Shown here one piece after another: positions 59,901 through 64,000 of a stretch of 64,000 nt of DNA (positions are counted from its first letter, which is position 1; each line of letters begins with the position of its first letter). The notes under the pieces are model-generated. The model made no database searches, was not told the origin of the DNA, and worked only from the letters and a program-made list of their open reading frames with translations. Both the position numbers and the translations under genes were made by a program. This stretch comes from Candidatus Eiseniibacteriota bacterium (GTDB taxonomy: Bacteria; Eisenbacteria; RBG-16-71-46; CAIMUX01). The stretch covers positions 25,932-89,931 of the forward strand of contig JAXLXQ010000009.1 in NCBI GenBank assembly GCA_046327845.1, in the 5' to 3' direction.

Positions 59901-60117
59901 GCGCTTTGCGCTCCCGTCTTCGGGCGACACCGAGATCACGCTGCTCGATGTCGCCGGACGGCGAGTGGCAACGCTCTGGAGCGGTCCGCGGGACGCCGGG
60001 ATCCACACGTTGCCGCTCGATGAGATCCGCCTGAGGAATGTGGCGAGTGGCCTCTATTGGGTCGAGTTGAAGTCGGGCGGCGCCAGCGCGGCGCGCAAGA
60101 TGATCGTGTTGCCCTAG
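56902..60117 (+). CDS. very large (1071 aa) secreted protein of unknown function with T9SS C-terminal sorting domain
   Basis: Signal peptide MRLRVSFSVGITVLEVCLVASATA, with RBS ACGGAGGA. CTD …SPNPFRGVGSLRFALPSSGDTEITLLDVAGRRVATLWSG…GLYWVELKSGGASAARKMIVLP. No frame breaks. Confidence 0.75.
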   Translation: MRLRVSFSVGITVLEVCLVASATAATLPVVGSCLTQGDLPGRTPLEGSRSDTVSFGYYTMIAGQAYAVVGETWTFDHDAPDPAEGWTAQSQSNGGDQPFRRIDAATWAGHGNNVPAPIIAGNGSAWLGKFDSEADASCYASGLGYGNHWCQTLASPVVQYGGTGSVDISFRYFTDSEEGFDYSHVKLVFDATHEIALSGPDGWSGQIGNPAVADYPTFTRIVNESELAGFSSFQVVFQFVSDGGYSDEDGHSDSQYGPLGVDEVVIGGSFVGGPLAYGFESDLDGWSTATCGVVPPNFGIAHISNYAILDPCGCKLSGYVMEFHDANFQHPNGQYEIAASSFVNRGALGPVYNSISAEFDMYAEMPQANGVFYRPGWYHYPYVCPQSGASIWSPREGRSTYQYIGIDPVCFHQRDEATSNGVPGDASLYRFAMEVASDCEAFGIPPTLCTGITNFTPIFDNLEVDVTHFAVAPIVRFETGGKFIDGWGQGLFNSTTSAGNADVEYDLHRDLPLPDLLGDSLTITGPIVTSSTRWEAKMWWRIRREGPGSASIVGYTPWKNAVADGRSIVGANGQFTYGWMDSMQALAQPPAKHRFISEFREDDDDFAGENTPNNEMIRDGILGPGTQIQYFITANYTCTPSELYYLPDTSGGNFEDFEILPSYRMDAGVARFPCLLFINAANSRYVIDHALNVVLNGAGPTDPIPNPTRWDRLDYGGCSCWNAPFARSTGGNNGATLAQLLEYRGIFLDLGTDGAYSAEEQDFQMLGDWVTSQFCPAGSERQGLIVTGEGLDVSSAVMLSFSHNVMGADPVCDNYSQGGCGPTPADDSRCVRIEDAAGGSYPSSLAGQGGSDYAYDAWGNFCPEGFPFSVLAPAAGGVGNRAYYDHDGTGVRTNYSQVTKSVTAANGANYRSVLDGVSWHHLSDRDPVEECVSDEVHMVTAAANELKAALSWIYNGALPGLCSGGCSSGFSDAESPDARSIAKLEILGVSPNPFRGVGSLRFALPSSGDTEITLLDVAGRRVATLWSGPRDAGIHTLPLDEIRLRNVASGLYWVELKSGGASAARKMIVLP

Positions 60118-60136
60118 TCCGCCAGGAGGGCCAGGG

Positions 60137-60186
60137 ACGCGGGCGAGTGCTGGTTTCCCGACCGGCGCGCGCCCGCGTTGTTTTTT
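60137..60186 (+). terminator. candidate intrinsic terminator after the 1071-aa gene: stem cgcgggcg…cgcccgcg followed by TTGTTTTTTCGG
   Basis: 8-bp perfect stem 60137-60144 / 60169-60176 with a structured loop, then a T-tract at 60177-60186. Confidence 0.5.
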
Positions 60187-60596
60187 CGGATGGCGCACGC
60201 GCCCCGTTGACCGCGCGCGGGGCGCCATGCTTGAATCTCGACGTGCCGAGGAATGAACGGCACGTGCACGCCTCGAGTTGGAGTGCGACCTTCCCCTTCA
60301 AGCCTGGTGAGCGAGATCACGGGCCAAGTGATCCGGATGGGGCGTACCGGACGGGATCGACGAACGACCCTTCAGTCCGGCAACAGCGGATCGAGTCGTA
60401 CGAATCGGGAAGCATTGTCGGGGGACACGACCCCTGGCCTGGAGACAAACGGTTCACGAGGTTCGCCGCGAGTTGTGTCCGAGGCGAATAGCGTCTCGGG
60501 CGAATTGGGTCTCCCGCGATTAGGGCCTGTAGATCGAACAGAAGGATGCGCGCCACGGCGCCGGCAACGGCGTGATCCGCCGTTGACCGGGGAGTA

Positions 60597-63254
60597 ATGC
60601 TCCATGGAGGGAGCGCACGCCGCGGCCCGCGACCAAAGAACCCTCTGGAAGAGTCACCAGCTGTGATCGCCGTCTTGCACGGTCACTTTTATCAACCGCC
60701 GCGGGAAAATCCGTGGACCGACGCGGTGCCGCGTCAGGCCAGCGCGCGTCCCTATCACGATTGGAACGAGCGCATCAATGACGAGTGCTACCGCGCGAAC
60801 GCCTGGAGCCGCGTGCTCGGCGCGGGTGGACACATCGCGGGCATCGTGAACAACTATCGCTACCTCTCTTTCGACTTTGGGCCAACCCTGTTGCGCGACC
60901 TGGCGCGTCGACAGCCGGAGACCTACGCGCGAATTCTCGAAGCGGATCGCGCGAGCGCGGCGGACCATGGCGGGCACGGCAACGCCATTGCGCAGGCGTA
61001 CAACCACACGATCCTCCCCTTGACCTCCGATCGAGACAAGGTGACCCAGGTGCGTTGGGGGATGCGTGACTTTGCCTTTCGCTTCGGGCGGAAGAGCGAA
61101 GGGCTCTGGCTTCCGGAGACGGCGATCGATGCTCGAACCCTCGCGGTGCTTGCGGCCGAGGGGGTGCGCTTCATCATCTTGGCGCCGCATCAGGCGCGTC
61201 GCATCCGAGGGTTGGGCGGCGGTCCGTGGCACGAGGTGCTGGGCAAGCCGTTCGATCTCGGACGCGCCTATCGCGCCTACGTGCCAGTTCACCTGGCCGG
61301 TCCCGGACTCACGCCGCTACCGGCACGCACGCGCGGGCGCGGCGATCTGCCGATCGCGCGAGAGGCGACTCGCAGTACGACCGGCGGCAGTTCGATTGGC
61401 GGCGACGGGGCAGGCATCGCCCCGGACCGGCGGCCCTTCGTCGACGTCTTCTTCTATGACGGAGAGCTGGCCGGCGCGGTCTCCTTCCATCACCTCCTGA
61501 GGCGCGCGGAAGACCTGGCCGATCGTCTGGAAGGAGCGGCCCGCGCGCAGCACACCAATCTGGTGCACCTGGCCACCGACGGCGAGGTCTACGGCCATCA
61601 CGAGCGCTTCGCCGACATGTGCCTCGCCTATTTCGGAGAGCATGAGGCGCCGCGGCACGGCATCACGCTGACGAACTACGGGGAGGTTCTGGAGCAGCAT
61701 CCGCCCGAGTTCGAGGTGGAGTTGAACTACGGCGATGGCGAGGGCACCGCCTGGTCCTGCGCACACGGCGTGGGCCGCTGGGTCCGCGACTGCGGTTGCA
61801 CGACCTACGCCCAGCAGGGTTGGAACCAATCGTGGCGCGGCCCGCTGCGCGCCGGGCTCGATGCGGTGCGCGACGAGATCCAGCGCGCGTTCGAGAGCGT
61901 GACCGCACCTCTGCTTCGCGATCCATGGGAGGCGCGAAACGGGTACATCGACCTGCTGCTCGAGCCGACCGCCGCCGCGCGCAAGGCCTTCCTCAAGACA
62001 CACGCCGCGCGCTCGCTCAAGGCGGAGGAGCGGACCCGAGTCTGGACCCTGCTCGAGGCGAGCCATCAAGCGATGCTGATGTACACGAGCTGCGCCTGGT
62101 TCTTTGCCGACATCTCGGGGATCGAGACGCGGCAGAACCTGGCCTACGCGGCCCGCGCCATCGAGCTCGCGCAACCGTACACGCCGATGTCGCTCGAGAC
62201 GGTGCTGCTCGATCACCTGACCCACGCTCGCTCCAACCTCCCGCGCTGGGGTGACGGCGCGGCGCTCTACCGCGCCGGACTCAAGCGTCGGCTTGCGCCC
62301 GAGGTGGTCGCGGCGCGCGCCGCCTTCGAGTCGATCTTCTTCGGTCGCCCGCTCGAGCGCGAGGTGCATCGGCTCCGTGTCTCGGGCGAGATCGAACGCA
62401 CCCTGCTCGACCCGGCTCGGCCGGAGTCGGGGCGAGGCGAGTCGACACGGGGAAGAACGATTCAAACATCATCGCACTGGAGCGGCAGCGTCTCCTTGGC
62501 CGATGACTCTTTGGAGCGCGCCTGGCAGTGGGCGCTCGAGGTGCGGGAAGGGAAGGACGGCGGTCGGGAGATCGTGTTGACCCAGGATGGGCAACGCACC
62601 GTCATCCCGCTGCGGGGCATTCTGCGTCGCCTGCCGCCTGATCTGCGGCGAGAGACGGGGCGCGAACTGCAGGAGATCCTCCTGCGCGAGACCCGCGTTT
62701 GGATCGAACAGCTCCACGACGTGCCCCGGCGCATCCTTCCCGAACTCTCGGCGGAGGTCTCGCCCTTCTTCCGCTCGCTCGAACAGACGGTGCGGCGGTG
62801 GGAACTGAGTGAACTCGCCGCGGAGCTCGAGGTCGAGACGGCGCTCGCGCCTGACTGGTGGACGCGCCTGCGTTCGCTCTTGCGCGTGGGCGCGCGGCCA
62901 AGGCTACGAACGCAGCTCGATCGACTCGGCCTGGCGCTGGCTGGTCGCGCCGAGCGCAACCTGATTGCCGCGACCACCGCGGCGCCCGAGTCGGCGTTCA
63001 AGCTGGTGGCCGAGGCGTGCGATTTGCTGGAGCGCGCGGACCGGGTGTCGATCGCCGTGCCGCGGCCACGTTTCGAAGAGCGAGCCTTCGAGCTCGTCCA
63101 GAAGATCGATCGATGTGAAGAGGTCGGGGACGGTCGTGCCGGCCGTCGTCGCTTGGATGCGTCGACCTGGGGTCGACCGGAGATCCTGCGGCTGGCTCAA
63201 CTGGCGAACCTCGACCTGGAAACCATCCACCCCCCGGCGACGCGCTCGGCCTAG
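60597..63254 (+). CDS. glycoside hydrolase family 57-like protein (alpha-amylase/branching-enzyme GH57 catalytic domain + long C-terminal helical domain)
   Basis: …VIAVLHGHFYQPPRENPW… and …LVHLATDGEVYGHHE…, the GH57 catalytic motifs around the nucleophile Glu and acid/base Asp. The true start may be an internal GTG/ATG shortly downstream of 60597. Confidence 0.75.
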   Translation: MLHGGSARRGPRPKNPLEESPAVIAVLHGHFYQPPRENPWTDAVPRQASARPYHDWNERINDECYRANAWSRVLGAGGHIAGIVNNYRYLSFDFGPTLLRDLARRQPETYARILEADRASAADHGGHGNAIAQAYNHTILPLTSDRDKVTQVRWGMRDFAFRFGRKSEGLWLPETAIDARTLAVLAAEGVRFIILAPHQARRIRGLGGGPWHEVLGKPFDLGRAYRAYVPVHLAGPGLTPLPARTRGRGDLPIAREATRSTTGGSSIGGDGAGIAPDRRPFVDVFFYDGELAGAVSFHHLLRRAEDLADRLEGAARAQHTNLVHLATDGEVYGHHERFADMCLAYFGEHEAPRHGITLTNYGEVLEQHPPEFEVELNYGDGEGTAWSCAHGVGRWVRDCGCTTYAQQGWNQSWRGPLRAGLDAVRDEIQRAFESVTAPLLRDPWEARNGYIDLLLEPTAAARKAFLKTHAARSLKAEERTRVWTLLEASHQAMLMYTSCAWFFADISGIETRQNLAYAARAIELAQPYTPMSLETVLLDHLTHARSNLPRWGDGAALYRAGLKRRLAPEVVAARAAFESIFFGRPLEREVHRLRVSGEIERTLLDPARPESGRGESTRGRTIQTSSHWSGSVSLADDSLERAWQWALEVREGKDGGREIVLTQDGQRTVIPLRGILRRLPPDLRRETGRELQEILLRETRVWIEQLHDVPRRILPELSAEVSPFFRSLEQTVRRWELSELAAELEVETALAPDWWTRLRSLLRVGARPRLRTQLDRLGLALAGRAERNLIAATTAAPESAFKLVAEACDLLERADRVSIAVPRPRFEERAFELVQKIDRCEEVGDGRAGRRRLDASTWGRPEILRLAQLANLDLETIHPPATRSA

Positions 63255-63303
63255 CGGCCGACACGGCGCGAAGAGAAGAGAAGAGGAGACGGACGCTCGT
63301 AGC

Positions 63304-64000
63304 ATGCGGACCGAAGAATTGAAGGACAAGAGCCGCGCGGAGCTGCTCGAGCTGGCCAAGGAACACGAGGTTCCGAATCGCAGCCGACTAACCAAGGATG
63401 AACTGATCGCGGCCCTCCGCAAGACCGGTCGATCGACCGCCGCGAGTGCCAAGGCGGCCGCCAAGCCGGCGCCCAAACGGGCGCGGGCGCGGGGTGAGAC
63501 CGAGGTGACGCGGGCCGAGGCGCCGAAGGCTGCAGCGCCACGAGGAGCGCGCGGGCGGAGTGCCGAAGTGTCCGAGCGAAGCGCAGCGGTGTCGACGGGG
63601 ACTCCCGCTTCGGCCGAGGCGCCTCGCGTTGCCCCGACTCCGGTCGCGGCCGCGCCGATTGCGCCGGCTGCTCCGCGGAACGAGGCGCCGATGCGTGAGC
63701 GTGTCAGTGAACCGCCGCGCGAGGAGGCGCCGCGCGACGAGGCGCGTCGTGATGAGCCGCGCCGCGATGACCACCGGCGTCACGAACGGGCTCGCCCCGA
63801 GCAGGGTCGTCCCGAGCAGGGTCGTCCCGAGCAGGGTCGTCCCGAGCAGCGCCGTGACGAGCCGCGGCGCGACGACTCGCGGCGAGGCGATCCTCATCGC
63901 GGTAACCCTCGACGCGACGCGCGCGGCATGGGACACGAGGACGAGGACGACGACAGCGATCCGTGGAACTCGGTCAAGCTCGGACGCGACCCCAACTACG
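63304..64000 (+). CDS. rho: transcription termination factor Rho, N-terminal part with long R/E/P-rich insertion; continues past window end
   Basis: MRTEELKDKSRAELLELAKEHEVPNRSRLTKDELIAAL matches the Rho_N domain. It is followed by an RG/RE-rich low-complexity insertion of the kind seen in Rho of several high-GC phyla. It is absent from the ORF track because no stop lies inside the window. RBS GAGGAGACGG. Confidence 0.7.
   Translation, partial: MRTEELKDKSRAELLELAKEHEVPNRSRLTKDELIAALRKTGRSTAASAKAAAKPAPKRARARGETEVTRAEAPKAAAPRGARGRSAEVSERSAAVSTGTPASAEAPRVAPTPVAAAPIAPAAPRNEAPMRERVSEPPREEAPRDEARRDEPRRDDHRRHERARPEQGRPEQGRPEQGRPEQRRDEPRRDDSRRGDPHRGNPRRDARGMGHEDEDDDSDPWNSVKLGRDPNY
63796..63849 (+). 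repeat. 15-bp tandem repeat cccgagcagggtcgt x about 3.6, coding (RPEQG)n inside the rho insertion
   Basis: Perfect copies at 63796-63810, 63811-63825 and 63826-63840, with a partial copy to 63849. Confidence 0.8.

Noticed and set aside
63796-63849. Possible CRISPR-like or other array from direct repeats
   Set aside because: Only 15-bp units, contiguous with no spacers, and in frame inside the rho coding sequence. It is a coding microsatellite, not CRISPR.

Overview
64 kb window of very high GC (about 70%) bacterial DNA with dense, mostly non-overlapping genes. It is rich in signal transduction: four eukaryotic-like Ser/Thr kinases, one DUSP-like phosphatase, a sigma-54 enhancer-binding protein, a hybrid histidine kinase with response regulator, an ECF sigma factor and two STAND ATPases. 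Six secreted proteins end in a roughly 80-aa T9SS-type C-terminal sorting domain, so a Gemmatimonadota/FCB-like organism is likely (inference only). No rRNA, tRNA, CRISPR, integrase or transposase was recognised. 

Three observations stand out. 
- Several large genes (S8 subtilase, sigma-54 activator, two kinase genes, a beta-lactamase-like gene, an Eis-like gene, a FHIPEP gene) are split across frames in the ORF track. All three breaks resolved to the base are one-base losses inside G/C homopolymers, which points to indel sequencing error rather than ancient pseudogenes; the remaining breaks were not resolved to the base. Two in-frame stops also occur: TAG in kinase-2 and TGA between the signal peptide and the BNR domain. 
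- A lower-GC stretch at about 37.5-41.9 kb carries a glycine-rich harpin-like protein, a translationally coupled alpha/beta-hydrolase plus unknown protein, degraded gene fragments and a terminator. It lies next to an orphan, disrupted FHIPEP (FlhA/SctV) export-gate gene and an unusual AAA-TPR-wHTH/BTAD regulator. 
- A secreted tail-fibre-like repeat protein is coupled by ATGA overlap to a reading frame that looks like the missing signal peptide of the downstream BNR/Asp-box protein.
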